Assembly: GCA_022821725.1 (NCBI GenBank)
Contig: JAJEDB010000089.1
Coordinates: 4,074-68,073, forward strand
From: Candidatus Poribacteria bacterium
GTDB taxonomy: Bacteria; Poribacteria; WGA-4E; WGA-3G
Length of the DNA: 64,000 nucleotides
Reading direction: 5' to 3'
Shown piece by piece: positions 19,390 through 29,208 of this stretch (position 1 is the stretch's first letter; each line of letters starts with the position of its first letter). Made by a program: the position numbers and the translations under genes. Under the pieces are notes generated by a model. That model did not search any database. It was not told the DNA's origin and saw only the letters and a list, made by a program, of their open reading frames with translations.

Positions 19390-22335
19390 TCAATAGTTTT
19401 CTTCTTCAAGCGAGACCTGAAACATCCCGCGCTTTTCTGTTACAGCGTAGAGTGTGTCGCCGTTAATAACGAGAGAAATCACCCGACCTGGCACTTCTGG
19501 CGAGATTTTTTTCCAGGCACCGCGACGATTCAATTGATAGGCACCTTCATTGCCGGCACCGTAGACCCTGGTGCCGGATACAGCAATTCGATCCATAACG
19601 GTATGGCTCCCGGTTTTATCGGTGAGCGCTCGCCAATGCTCACCCGTTTCTGAGGTCAAGACCCCTGTGTCTGTCGCGACATACACTGTGGGTCCCGCGA
19701 AGACGATCGCTTTAAAGTGCTTGAAGCGCAGCGGCAGGTTTGCAGTTAGGTCTTTCCATGTGTTGCCACTATCAAACGATTGCAGGAGGTGTCCATCACG
19801 TTTTCCGACATAGACGGTTTCCCCTGAAACAGCAAGTGTGATACTTTTCTGGTTCTCTTTCACAGCATCGTCATCATTATCAGGGAGCTGGGTTTTATCT
19901 ATCAAGCCGGTGTTGAACCATTCTGGTTCACCGCGTTTCCAGCGGAAAAGCCGTCTCTTATATTCTGTGTAAAATGTCTCGCCGCTCACTGCGAACGCTG
20001 CAGAGAATTTGTCGAGTAGCCGGGTTGTATCTGCCAGACCCATCATGTCCATTATGGAGAGATTTCCACCGAAGGTAGTAGGTCCCTGAATAGGTATGAA
20101 CACGTCGCCATTCGCAGAGAGCCGAAAAAGGCGAACTTCATTTTGCGCGTCGAATGCTGCTGAGATACCGTAAAGCACACCCTCAGAGATCGCCAATTTT
20201 GCGGAAATCAAGATATCCGTAGGTGGGGTTAGGTCTGACGGCTCTAACGCAAGTTCTGCGGAATTCACAAGAAGCGTTTTCCAGGACTTCCCGTTATCAG
20301 CCGATTTGGCGATACCTAAGCCGGTATTTGCGTAGAGTGCGTTTTTGAATGTTACCAAGTCAAACACTTTAGTGCCGACCATCCCTTTCGTGAACGGGTG
20401 CCACGACTGCCCGCCATCCGTTGAACGGATCAGCCCGTCGCGAACTCCAACTTTGAGAAATGTGTTTTTATCCACTGTTAATGTAGGGAACATACTGAGT
20501 GTCACCGAATTCATCATCGCATTCATATCAGATGTGTCAAACCCTGAGTCTGTCCATGTTTTCCCGCCATCCGTTGAGCGGAACGTGGTGACACCTAAGG
20601 CCAATAACGTCTCTCCAGCCGCCAAGACTTTAACACCCGGTGACATTTTCATTGTGAACGAAGTGCTTTTCGGTGTTAGTTCCGTCCATGTATCCCCCAA
20701 GTCGGTTGAGTGGAAGATCTCCCATGAACTTCGGGTGTCGCTGCTCATCACTTGTCCTATGTATGCTCCCATTCCCTCAGGAGTGTTTAATTGAGAAAGA
20801 TCGGGACCTGTTCCAACATAGAGGTTGTTTTCATAAACTGCCAAGGAGTGGATGGCTTTAGTGGTATCGACCGGCAATTTTTCCCACATCCCTGCGCGCG
20901 AGCGGTAGAGTCCGTGGTTCATGCCTGCAAACACACTGTTTTCGATGGCAGTAAATGTGAGAATGTGAGTGTTTTCGCTGAGTATCCCATCGTTCATTGG
21001 CATCCACTGTTTACCGGCATCTTCGGATCGGAAAATCTGATTCTCAAGGGCGAGATATAGACCTGCGTCCGTTATTGCGAGTCCGATAGCATTTCCTTTT
21101 GGACGCGGACCCAGCGACTCCCATGTTTCGCCGCTATCGGTTGAAGCCCACACTTTATCAGTGGATACAAGGTAGAGGGTGCCGTTTCGTTCTGCCATGG
21201 GTTTCCAGTTGGAGTCTGCCGGAGCCTCTGGCGGCAATGGACTAACGTATGTCCATACAGATGCATTTGGTGTTAATCTATAGATACCCGCCGGTGAAGC
21301 GGTATAGATATCTCCTGTGGAGCTGAGGAGTAACCCCGATACATGTCCACCTTCTGGACCGTTTGCTTGTATCCACTGCTGTTTTGTTGATGGACGTGTC
21401 TCCTTCTCTATCTGCGCAGCGGCGAGCACAACAGGCTCCGAAACTTGTGGACCGGCCCCTCTACTTTTGCCAGTGGTATCAAAGCGTCCGGCTTGGTTCC
21501 GTAAATCGGGTTTTGCCTGTATATCAAGGACAATGGGGGCATCGATGATTTCAACGGTGGTTTCTGATCTGGCGTTCAGGTTATACGGTTTCTGAAAGTG
21601 GGCGAGGTATTGCGACCCGGCACCCATTATTAAAAAGATAAAGATGGCTGTTGCGGCGGAGATTGCCCAAGGTATTAAGGGTTTGCTGTTCGTAGGCGTT
21701 ACCGGCTTTAGGTTGGCAACTTGCTTTACAATGTTTTCGGTAAAAGTGACAGGTAAATCTACACTGCCAAGGGTTTCCCCCACGATGTCATCCTCCTGCT
21801 TTAAACGGTTGCGTGCGCGTTGGAGACGGCTTTTAACTGTATTTGGGGACACGCCTAAAAATTCACTAATCGCTTTATATGTCATTTCTCCAAGATAGTG
21901 AAGTGTCACAACTGTGCGTTCGCTCTCCGGCAGTTTCTCTAAGAGACTTCTGATGTGCCTTTGCCGGTGTTCGGCAGAGGCTTCCTCACGTTGTTCGTCT
22001 TCGTAGTGACGGTAGGAAGATTCTTCAATCTCCTCTCCACTGGTGGTTTCCAAGGATTCCATTGATGGTTTCTGCTTTCGATGCCAGTCAATACAGAGTC
22101 GATCGGCGATGACATAGAGCCATCCAGCGAACTGATTCGGATTCTTTAACGTCGAGAGTTTCTGGTATGCTTTAAGGAAGGTATCCTGTGTGAGTTCCTC
22201 GGCGGTATGGAAGTCGTCAACCTTCCGCCATGCAAGGGCGTGGACGCTTTTTTGGTATTTTTTTACCAGTCTGGTAAAGGCGTTTTCGTCCCCTGTCAGG
22301 AATTGATTGACCAGTTGTGCGTCTTCGTTTTTCAT
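19390..22335 (-). CDS. Second ECF sigma factor–TM helix–BNR/Asp-box propeller fusion (paralogue of 9402-12389)
   Basis: Region 2 (FTRLVKKYQKSVHALAWRKVDDFHTAEELTQDTFLKAY) and region 4 (ERTVVTLHYLGEMTYKAISEFLGVSPNTVKSRLQRARNRL). TM segment LIPWAISAATAIFIFLIMGAGS. Repeated STDGGKTW, STDLGDTW and SFDSGNTW. The C-terminal 150 aa are about 70% identical to gene 1. Confidence 0.75.
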   Translation of the reverse strand: MKNEDAQLVNQFLTGDENAFTRLVKKYQKSVHALAWRKVDDFHTAEELTQDTFLKAYQKLSTLKNPNQFAGWLYVIADRLCIDWHRKQKPSMESLETTSGEEIEESSYRHYEDEQREEASAEHRQRHIRSLLEKLPESERTVVTLHYLGEMTYKAISEFLGVSPNTVKSRLQRARNRLKQEDDIVGETLGSVDLPVTFTENIVKQVANLKPVTPTNSKPLIPWAISAATAIFIFLIMGAGSQYLAHFQKPYNLNARSETTVEIIDAPIVLDIQAKPDLRNQAGRFDTTGKSRGAGPQVSEPVVLAAAQIEKETRPSTKQQWIQANGPEGGHVSGLLLSSTGDIYTASPAGIYRLTPNASVWTYVSPLPPEAPADSNWKPMAERNGTLYLVSTDKVWASTDSGETWESLGPRPKGNAIGLAITDAGLYLALENQIFRSEDAGKQWMPMNDGILSENTHILTFTAIENSVFAGMNHGLYRSRAGMWEKLPVDTTKAIHSLAVYENNLYVGTGPDLSQLNTPEGMGAYIGQVMSSDTRSSWEIFHSTDLGDTWTELTPKSTSFTMKMSPGVKVLAAGETLLALGVTTFRSTDGGKTWTDSGFDTSDMNAMMNSVTLSMFPTLTVDKNTFLKVGVRDGLIRSTDGGQSWHPFTKGMVGTKVFDLVTFKNALYANTGLGIAKSADNGKSWKTLLVNSAELALEPSDLTPPTDILISAKLAISEGVLYGISAAFDAQNEVRLFRLSANGDVFIPIQGPTTFGGNLSIMDMMGLADTTRLLDKFSAAFAVSGETFYTEYKRRLFRWKRGEPEWFNTGLIDKTQLPDNDDDAVKENQKSITLAVSGETVYVGKRDGHLLQSFDSGNTWKDLTANLPLRFKHFKAIVFAGPTVYVATDTGVLTSETGEHWRALTDKTGSHTVMDRIAVSGTRVYGAGNEGAYQLNRRGAWKKISPEVPGRVISLVINGDTLYAVTEKRGMFQVSLEEENY

Positions 22336-22398
22336 CGAATGTCTCCAGGAACTTAAGAGTGAGCGTTTTTAACGCGCGACTATTGGACTGCTGTCACT

Positions 22399-22434
22399 AA
22401 TTAATGACGAGATTTAAAGAGCAGAAGGGTGCAT
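22399..22434 (-). promoter_or_regulatory. Candidate promoter (site 3): ATGCACCCTT-N20-TTAATT upstream of sigma-fusion 2
   Basis: Identical motif and spacing to 12422-12457 and 15341-15376, about 65 nt upstream of ATG 22335. Confidence 0.5.
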
Positions 22435-22707
22435 GACGAGAAAAAATTAGAGAAATTATATCATAACTATACTAAAATGTTTTTCTTGATATGGTGAGAT
22501 ATGGAATTTACGGGTTGTTTTTGGTGGGCATTCCTGTGTTTTTGACATTGAACTCACGTTTTAACGTAAATTTATAATTGGCGAGATCAAATTTTTCAAC
22601 AGAACGCGAATCAGCCAAACCTATAAGAAATTCTTCAATTCCCATAATGGCTTGGCTGTAATTATGAAAGGAATTTTTTCTTAGTTTACTTCCGTGTTTA
22701 AACAGGG

Positions 22708-23145
22708 TTAATCTTTTTGCAGCCAGAGGGTTAGCATCATAGCACCTGCTCCGATGAGAGTCATGCTCGGGTAATACCACCATAGGAACCGATTGCGTTT
22801 TTTCTTAATGGCATTCCTTTTCTTTTGGATCCTCACAATCGCTCTATTTCCTTTTTCACGGGAGGCAAGATCGTTGTTAACCAACATCCAACGTTGAACG
22901 AACAACTCATCTTCATTGAGTTTGTGGATTTCTGCTTGCCATTCATCCAACGGCGTTAGCCAGCGTCCAAAGGAGGTAACGCCCATTACAACGAGCGTTG
23001 GGAGTCCAATGAGAGGGTTGCTTTTTTCGCGAGTGAAGGAATCATTTGTTTCCTTGGTAGGTGTGGCGATTGATATATCCGCCAATAGGATACCAAATAT
23101 TAACGGACAGATAAGGGTTAAGCGCGACGCAAAGGGTAAGGTCAT
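22708..23145 (-). CDS. Small membrane protein, hypothetical
   Basis: ATG at 23145 is preceded by TAGGAGAGAAATC. There are two or three TM segments and a basic KKKRNRF loop. The longer ORF-track start at 23199 lacks an RBS. Confidence 0.45.
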   Translation of the reverse strand: MTLPFASRLTLICPLIFGILLADISIATPTKETNDSFTREKSNPLIGLPTLVVMGVTSFGRWLTPLDEWQAEIHKLNEDELFVQRWMLVNNDLASREKGNRAIVRIQKKRNAIKKKRNRFLWWYYPSMTLIGAGAMMLTLWLQKD

Positions 23146-23341
23146 GATTTCTCTCCTATGCTTTAGGGAAAAAAATACGGTTGATCCATTCCAGAACACA
23201 GTAGGACTGCCAAGTTATCTGGTGAAAATCGCATCGTCTTTTTTGTTGGATTCCGAGGTAAGTTGCTTCAGAAAAAGAGGGGTGATTTATTCATAAAATC
23301 ACTTGACATAACTGAGAAAAATCAGTATATTAAAGCACATC

Positions 23342-23983
23342 ATGAAACTCTTATCTATAAACGTCTCAAAACCGAAGCCTATTCAATACGGCGGTAAAAC
23401 GGTCCAGACAGGGATTTTCAAAGAACCCGTGTCAGGCACCGTCATGCTCAGAGAGAAGAACATCGACGGTGATGGACAAGGCGATCTGCGGGTCCATGGG
23501 GGCACCTATAAAGCCATCTACGGCTATCCGTTTGAACATTACACCCACTGGCAGCAGGCGTTGCAAAGAGGCGACTTGACCTACGGGCAGTTCGGCGAGA
23601 ATCTCACGGTTGAAGGCCTGCTGGAAACGTCAGTTTATATCGGTGATGTCTTTCAGATAGGGTCAACGGTGAAATTACAGATTACGCAACCGCGCGTGCC
23701 GTGCTTCAAGCTTGCGTATAAGATGGGACTGCCGGAGTTCCCGAAGCAGTTTTTAGAGAGTCGACGCGTTGGCTTCTATTTTCGAGTGCTTGAAGAAGGC
23801 GAAATCGCGGCTGGCGATGCAATTACACGCATTGAAGTTGCATCGGCGTCGATGAGCGTTACAGAAATACTCAACCTACGCTATTTTGATAGGGACAACC
23901 GCGAGAAAATCGCACGCGCCAGAAAACTACCTGCCCTCTCGCCGAGTTGGAAAAGGGATTTTACAAAAATTTTATCAAAATGA
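23342..23983 (+). CDS. MOSC-domain protein (YiiM-like)
   Basis: It has the MOSC beta-barrel core, GDLRVHGG…[12 protein letters not shown]…QPRVPCFKL, with a conserved Cys. Confidence 0.65.
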   Translation: MKLLSINVSKPKPIQYGGKTVQTGIFKEPVSGTVMLREKNIDGDGQGDLRVHGGTYKAIYGYPFEHYTHWQQALQRGDLTYGQFGENLTVEGLLETSVYIGDVFQIGSTVKLQITQPRVPCFKLAYKMGLPEFPKQFLESRRVGFYFRVLEEGEIAAGDAITRIEVASASMSVTEILNLRYFDRDNREKIARARKLPALSPSWKRDFTKILSK

Positions 23984-24711
23984 ATATTTTTAAGGCAACA
24001 ACCAAACGCGAAGCGAGCGAAGCAGCAGCACACCTCGCCAGTAGAAAACTTCGAGAGGCATTGGATGCGAATGGACATGCCCGTTTCATCGTTGCAACGG
24101 GGGCGTCTCAATTTGATTTCCTTGCCGCATTGACTGCTGATAAAACGATTGATTGGGACAACACAACGATGTTCCATCTCGACGAGTACATCGGCATTCC
24201 TGAGACACATCCCGCCAGTTTTCGCAAGTATCTGCGAGAACGTCTTGTGGACATCGCTCATCCCGGAACCGTCCATTTCCTAGACGGTGAAGCAGGCGAA
24301 CCGCAAGCCGAATGTGATCGACTCAATCGAATTATCTCGCAACATCAGATTGACGTGGCGTTCGTCGGTATCGGTGAGAATGGACATCTCGCTTTTAACG
24401 ATCCACCGGCGGATTTTGAGACAGAAGATCCGTATATCTTGGTGGAATTAGATGAGGCATGCCGGCTGCAACAGGTCGGCGAAGGCTGGTTTGCTGGGAT
24501 TGATGACGTGCCGACCCAAGCGATTTCAATGTCCATTCGCCAAATCGTGAAGGCGAAAGCGATTGTTTGCACTGTGCCGGATGAACGAAAGGCGGAGGCA
24601 GTGCGGAATTGCTTGCACGGCGAGATAACGCCAATGCACCCTGCTTCGATTTTACAGACGCATCCAGATTGTGCGGTATTTCTGGATGCGGGGTCGGCAT
24701 CGTTGTTGTAG
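23980..24711 (+). CDS. Glucosamine-6-phosphate deaminase / 6-phosphogluconolactonase family (NagB/Pgl)
   Basis: Its ATG overlaps the upstream stop (ATGA). Motifs FHLDEYIGI and [14 protein letters not shown] are diagnostic of the family. Confidence 0.7.
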   Translation: MNIFKATTKREASEAAAHLASRKLREALDANGHARFIVATGASQFDFLAALTADKTIDWDNTTMFHLDEYIGIPETHPASFRKYLRERLVDIAHPGTVHFLDGEAGEPQAECDRLNRIISQHQIDVAFVGIGENGHLAFNDPPADFETEDPYILVELDEACRLQQVGEGWFAGIDDVPTQAISMSIRQIVKAKAIVCTVPDERKAEAVRNCLHGEITPMHPASILQTHPDCAVFLDAGSASLL

Positions 24712-24727
24712 AAAATGGAGGGTGTGG

Positions 24728-25777
24728 ATGCAAAATGCAATTAGAGTTGGGATCATTGGTGTCGGTGGGACAATCGGCAGCACGACCGCTATTCTCGCTG
24801 CAGAGCCGAACGTAGAACTCGTCGCTTTGGCAGACCCGGATCCGACCCGTAGGAAACGGGTCTTGGACGGGATTAAAGGGGTCCGCGTTTTCGATGATTA
24901 TCGGCAGATGTTCGACGCATGCGAGTTAGATGCAGTCTGCATTGGACTTCCGACGTGGATGCATGCCTCCGTCTCGCAGGAAGCGTTGGAACTTGGATTG
25001 CATGTACTCTGTGAAAAACCACCATCAAACGATGCAGCGGAGTTAATACCGGTCACGCAGCTTGCCGCAACCAAAGGTCTTGTTTATATGTTTGTCCGTC
25101 AATCGCGGTTCACGTCTCAGTTGATGGAGGGACGTAGGCTTGTGCAGGCTGGGGAACTCGGTGACGTGTATTACGCGGAAACCCGATGGATACGCACGCG
25201 GTGGTGTTCTGCACGCGGATGGCGGCACGACAAAGCAAAAGGTGGTGGGGTCCTGCTGGATCTCGGTATTCACGCCATTGATAACGTCTGGTTTATGATG
25301 GGCAATCCGCGTCCCACAGAGGTCATGGCTGGCATGTATTGCACTTTTTCCGACCTCGCGCCGCCTGAACAAATTTACACTGCAGACGATGCAGCGTGCG
25401 GGTTTGTGCGGTTTGAGAATGGATGCACCTTGCATTTTGCTGTTGCGTTTTCGATGAATACCACAAATCGACAGGCACCAGCAAAGGGAAGCGATCTGGT
25501 CAAAAGCGAGACGCAGGAGTTTCAACTTTACGGGACGAAGGCAGGACTCGAAAGCGGGAAGCTGCTCGTTGGGACACCGGACGGTGTTAAGGTCAAACCC
25601 ATAAAAGCACCCCCACAGAAGACGAATGAGGTAACGCTTCAGGCGCGAGAATTCATTCGGGCGATTCGGGAAGGTGATGAACCCCTTAATTCGGGTTCGC
25701 AGGCAGTAATGCTGATGCAAATGCTTGATGGAGCAATGAAATCCAGTGAAATCGGCAGTGCCGTTGCAATTTTTTAA
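24728..25777 (+). CDS. Gfo/Idh/MocA-family NAD(P)-dependent oxidoreductase
   Basis: GGAGGG RBS at an 8-nt spacing. N-terminal Rossmann IRVGIIGVGGTIGS. The family EKP motif is at LCEKPPS. Confidence 0.75.
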   Translation: MQNAIRVGIIGVGGTIGSTTAILAAEPNVELVALADPDPTRRKRVLDGIKGVRVFDDYRQMFDACELDAVCIGLPTWMHASVSQEALELGLHVLCEKPPSNDAAELIPVTQLAATKGLVYMFVRQSRFTSQLMEGRRLVQAGELGDVYYAETRWIRTRWCSARGWRHDKAKGGGVLLDLGIHAIDNVWFMMGNPRPTEVMAGMYCTFSDLAPPEQIYTADDAACGFVRFENGCTLHFAVAFSMNTTNRQAPAKGSDLVKSETQEFQLYGTKAGLESGKLLVGTPDGVKVKPIKAPPQKTNEVTLQAREFIRAIREGDEPLNSGSQAVMLMQMLDGAMKSSEIGSAVAIF

Positions 25778-25943
25778 TTTTCCTTGCGGTTAAAGGACGG
25801 TCGTTTTATCCTTCCAGTGCGTTTCTCAAATCCGCCTGCGTGTTTTTGATAGGGTATTTCTGCGTATTGTTGCAGGCTAAGGTTTTGGTTGTATGTTTCA
25901 AATGCGAAACCAACGGACGCAGTATCCCAGGAGTATAAAAAAA

Positions 25944-26846
25944 ATGTCTACGCAACGCAATTCGGAAACACCCCAACAGAACGGGCTCACACCTCAACAG
26001 AAACAGCAATTTCACGACGACGGTTTTCTGTTCGTCCGAAACGTGCTGCCAGATGAGGCACTTCAGCCGTTGATTGATGAGTTAGCACAGTTGGTTGATG
26101 ACGGGACGCAAGCGGCAATCAAACACGGAATCCTTGACCCGTCGGATACGTATGATGACGCGTCGTTTGAAACGAGATTGGCGCGGGTCTCGAATGCTTG
26201 TTCCGATCCGAATTGGATTTGGAGCACCTATTTCAGAGACCAGAAAATCCGGACCGCTGGGATGTTCACACTCAGGACGGCACCTACACTCCTTGATGTC
26301 GTTGGCTCTCTCATCGGTGAGGAAATCTTCGCGCATCCGCAATTTAATTACCGTGCCAAATTGCCGGATCAAGCGATTACTGTCATCCCTTGGCATCAAG
26401 ATTTAGCGTATCTCATTCCTGAAGAGGCGGGTGATACGTTGGTTGTGAACGTTTGGCTTTCACTCATTCGGGCAACGGAAGAGAATGGATGTATGCAAGT
26501 CATCCGAGGCTCGCACCGCTATAATCTGATTGCCCACAACTACCAAGATCAGACCCCGGGACATACGGGGGGTAGAGGTATCAGCGATGCAGAGTTGCCG
26601 CCGGGTGACGTCGTTACTGCCGAACTTGAGGCAGGAGATGTTTTGCTGACGAGTGAGCGAGTTGTCCACCGTGGACTTCCGAACCGTTCCGATACAGTCC
26701 GTTGGAGTGTCGATACACGCTATAGCCAAATCGGGTTGCCAACGGGTCGCGAAAATGTTCCTGGATTTATCGCTCGGAGCCGGTTAAATCCTGAGCGTAT
26801 CACCAAGTCTCACCACGACTGGAATCAGCAGTTCGATCCGAGTTAA
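25944..26846 (+). CDS. Phytanoyl-CoA dioxygenase (PhyH) family Fe(II)/2-oxoglutarate oxygenase
   Basis: AGGAG RBS. FHDDGFLFVRNVL; His-x-Asp at WHQDLAY; a distal His in RVVHRG. Confidence 0.65.
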   Translation: MSTQRNSETPQQNGLTPQQKQQFHDDGFLFVRNVLPDEALQPLIDELAQLVDDGTQAAIKHGILDPSDTYDDASFETRLARVSNACSDPNWIWSTYFRDQKIRTAGMFTLRTAPTLLDVVGSLIGEEIFAHPQFNYRAKLPDQAITVIPWHQDLAYLIPEEAGDTLVVNVWLSLIRATEENGCMQVIRGSHRYNLIAHNYQDQTPGHTGGRGISDAELPPGDVVTAELEAGDVLLTSERVVHRGLPNRSDTVRWSVDTRYSQIGLPTGRENVPGFIARSRLNPERITKSHHDWNQQFDPS

Positions 26847-27871
26847 GCATCCCCAAACTTTTTCTTGAACAGAGAAACTGTATCGTGGTCGGGATGATTT
26901 GGGAGTTCAGCGGGTGCCTCCCATTCTTCGGGGACATCCGTTAATTTCACAGGTTTGCCCTCGTTTTCCAGAACCGATTTCCAACCTGCCAGGAAGACGT
27001 TCGTCTTGTGTAAAATCTGATCAAACGTCTGTAGCATCTCGTTGTGGAGCGCCATGTTCTGGAACGCCCAAATCGTCGGCACCCAGATCTCTGTTTTGTC
27101 ATACGGATAGCCGGTGCCGGTATGGATTCTGAAATTCTCACCGCCATAGGCTTCCTGTGTGTGAATTTGCACCGTTCCCCATGAACCGCTCACTTGATGG
27201 AGCGTCCCGTAGAATTGACGACCCTCGCTATCAACATGTTCGAAGGTCAGAACACCGGGCGGACTGTGCCAACTATCGGCTTGATACGCCACGGATACGA
27301 CCGGGTTTCCCGCCTCCGCAACCGCCTTGCAAACCATGTAAAGTCCATGGATGCCGTGGGTGGGATAGTCGTCGAACGAATTGGTCGCCGTGTAGCAGAT
27401 GATTTGCTTATCGTTTGCCCAGGCCTTGGCGCGTGAGATGGCATCGTTGTGCTCATGACTCGATGGTGCAAGGAGCGTCGCGCCGTGTTTTTGCGCGAGT
27501 GCAATCATTTGCTGTGCCTTCGCAAGGGAGTTCGTAAACGGACGATTGATGAGGTTCGGCAAACCGGCTTCGAGATACGGTTCATGGAGGATGTGGTTCC
27601 AGGGGTGATTATAGTAGCCACCGGAGATCACACCGTCTACCTTCCCCAACATATCGTCAAAATTCTTGACGACTTCGCAACCGTAAGGTTCAGCAACCGC
27701 TTTCGCCTTTTCGTATTCGATATCCCAACAGTGAGTGATCCGCATCCCCGTAAAAGGTGTATCTTTCTCACCGGGGCGCGGGTTGATATGCGGTGCCCAC
27801 AACGGCATGTGTGAATACGAGTCTACGTTCAGAAATCCGACACGGAAAGGTTCAGCGTTAGGTGCTTGCAT
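26843..27871 (-). CDS. Hypothetical protein, possibly a divergent Rossmann-fold oxidoreductase-like protein
   Basis: Strong RBS AAAAAGGAGG. N-terminal FRVGFLNVDSYSHMPLW. It is co-directional and tightly spaced with the Gfo/Idh/MocA gene upstream. No firm motif. Confidence 0.4.
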   Translation of the reverse strand: MQAPNAEPFRVGFLNVDSYSHMPLWAPHINPRPGEKDTPFTGMRITHCWDIEYEKAKAVAEPYGCEVVKNFDDMLGKVDGVISGGYYNHPWNHILHEPYLEAGLPNLINRPFTNSLAKAQQMIALAQKHGATLLAPSSHEHNDAISRAKAWANDKQIICYTATNSFDDYPTHGIHGLYMVCKAVAEAGNPVVSVAYQADSWHSPPGVLTFEHVDSEGRQFYGTLHQVSGSWGTVQIHTQEAYGGENFRIHTGTGYPYDKTEIWVPTIWAFQNMALHNEMLQTFDQILHKTNVFLAGWKSVLENEGKPVKLTDVPEEWEAPAELPNHPDHDTVSLFKKKFGDA

Positions 27872-27974
27872 GACTACCTCCTTTTTATTGGTTTTCAGTT
27901 GTCGGTTCGGATTTTCTCAAAAATCCTTTCGGTTGTCGGTAACAAGAGACCTTTGTTAAACGAATGCCTCTTGT

Positions 27975-28002
27975 CCGATAACCGATAACCGATAACCGAT
28001 AA
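27975..28002. repeat. Heptanucleotide microsatellite (CCGATAA)x4
   Basis: A direct read of the sequence, in the intergenic region between two minus-strand genes. Confidence 0.8.
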
Positions 28003-28006
28003 CTAT

Positions 28007-29167
28007 TTACATTGAAACCCACGTTGAGCCGTTTTCACAAGACTCAACCGCCTTGTAGATGAACTGCATACCCCGCAACCCATCATAGACTGTCGGAAAA
28101 TCATAGTCTTCGGTTTGCATGGGATCGCCGTCAATGTATTGCCGAATGGCTTCGACAACACCGACGTAAATTGTTGCAAACGCTTCCAGATACCCTTCGG
28201 GATGCCCTGTCGGGATACGGGCACCTGCTGCCGCGGCTTCGGAGAGATAGCCCTGACCGCGGGTCAGCGTTTGTCTCGGTTCACCATAACGATAAAGTTC
28301 AAGATAGTTCGGATTCTCCTGAGCCCATTTCACCGCGCCCTGTTCGGCGTAGACGCGGAGTGTGAGTCCATTTTCTTCACCGGTGGCGACCTGACTAATG
28401 CTTAAAACACCTTTACCACCACCTTTGAAACGGAGCAAGGCGTTGACATCCTCATCCAGTACTCTGTCGGGAAGGAAAGTGCTCTTATCAGCACACAGTT
28501 CAACGATCGGGTCGCCAGTAACGTATTCAAGCAGGTTCACGCAGTGTGTGCCGACATCCCCCATCGTGCCGCCGATCCCGGATTGCGCCGGATCGACACG
28601 CCACGCGGCTTGTTTCTGACCGAGTTTCTCGTGCGGGACCATCAGGAAGTCTTGGAGGTATTCGACGATGACCTTGCGAATTTGTCCCATGGAGCCTTCA
28701 GCGAACAACGCTCGCGCATGCCGTACGAGGGGATGCCCCGTGTAATTGTGTGTCAATGCAAAAACAAGTCCCGAATCCTCAACCAGTTTCACAAGTGCCT
28801 CGGCTTCATCGAGACTGTAGGTCATCGGTTTATCGCAAACAATGTGGAAACCCGCATCCAGAAACGTCTTTGCGATCTCAAAGTGGGAGATGTTCGGTGT
28901 GACGATGCTCACAAAGTCAATGCGTTCATTTTCGGGGCGCGCGGCTTCGGCTTCCGCCATCTCTGCATAACTATTGTAGCAACGGTCTGAATCGAGATAC
29001 AACTCAGCACCGGTGGTTCTTGTGTTCTCCGGGTCGCGTGAGAAACACCCGGCGACGACTTCAATCTGCTGATCGAGTGTGGCAGCGATTCGATGGACCC
29101 CACCAATAAACGCACCCTGCCCGCCACCGACCATACCCATTCGTAATTTCCGATTCCAAGATTCCAT
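28007..29167 (-). CDS. Gfo/Idh/MocA-family oxidoreductase
   Basis: LRMGMVGGGQGAFIGGVHR Rossmann motif; EKP-type motif VCDKPMT; C-terminal alpha/beta domain. Confidence 0.75.
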   Translation of the reverse strand: MESWNRKLRMGMVGGGQGAFIGGVHRIAATLDQQIEVVAGCFSRDPENTRTTGAELYLDSDRCYNSYAEMAEAEAARPENERIDFVSIVTPNISHFEIAKTFLDAGFHIVCDKPMTYSLDEAEALVKLVEDSGLVFALTHNYTGHPLVRHARALFAEGSMGQIRKVIVEYLQDFLMVPHEKLGQKQAAWRVDPAQSGIGGTMGDVGTHCVNLLEYVTGDPIVELCADKSTFLPDRVLDEDVNALLRFKGGGKGVLSISQVATGEENGLTLRVYAEQGAVKWAQENPNYLELYRYGEPRQTLTRGQGYLSEAAAAGARIPTGHPEGYLEAFATIYVGVVEAIRQYIDGDPMQTEDYDFPTVYDGLRGMQFIYKAVESCENGSTWVSM

Positions 29168-29208
29168 AGGGTCTTACTCCAATTCAGTTGTTGCAATTGA
29201 CGATGTCA

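Noticed and set aside
22508-22783. 91-aa minus-strand ORF upstream of and overlapping the small membrane protein gene
   Set aside because: No RBS. It overlaps the better-supported 22708-23145 gene and its promoter region. Composition is poor.
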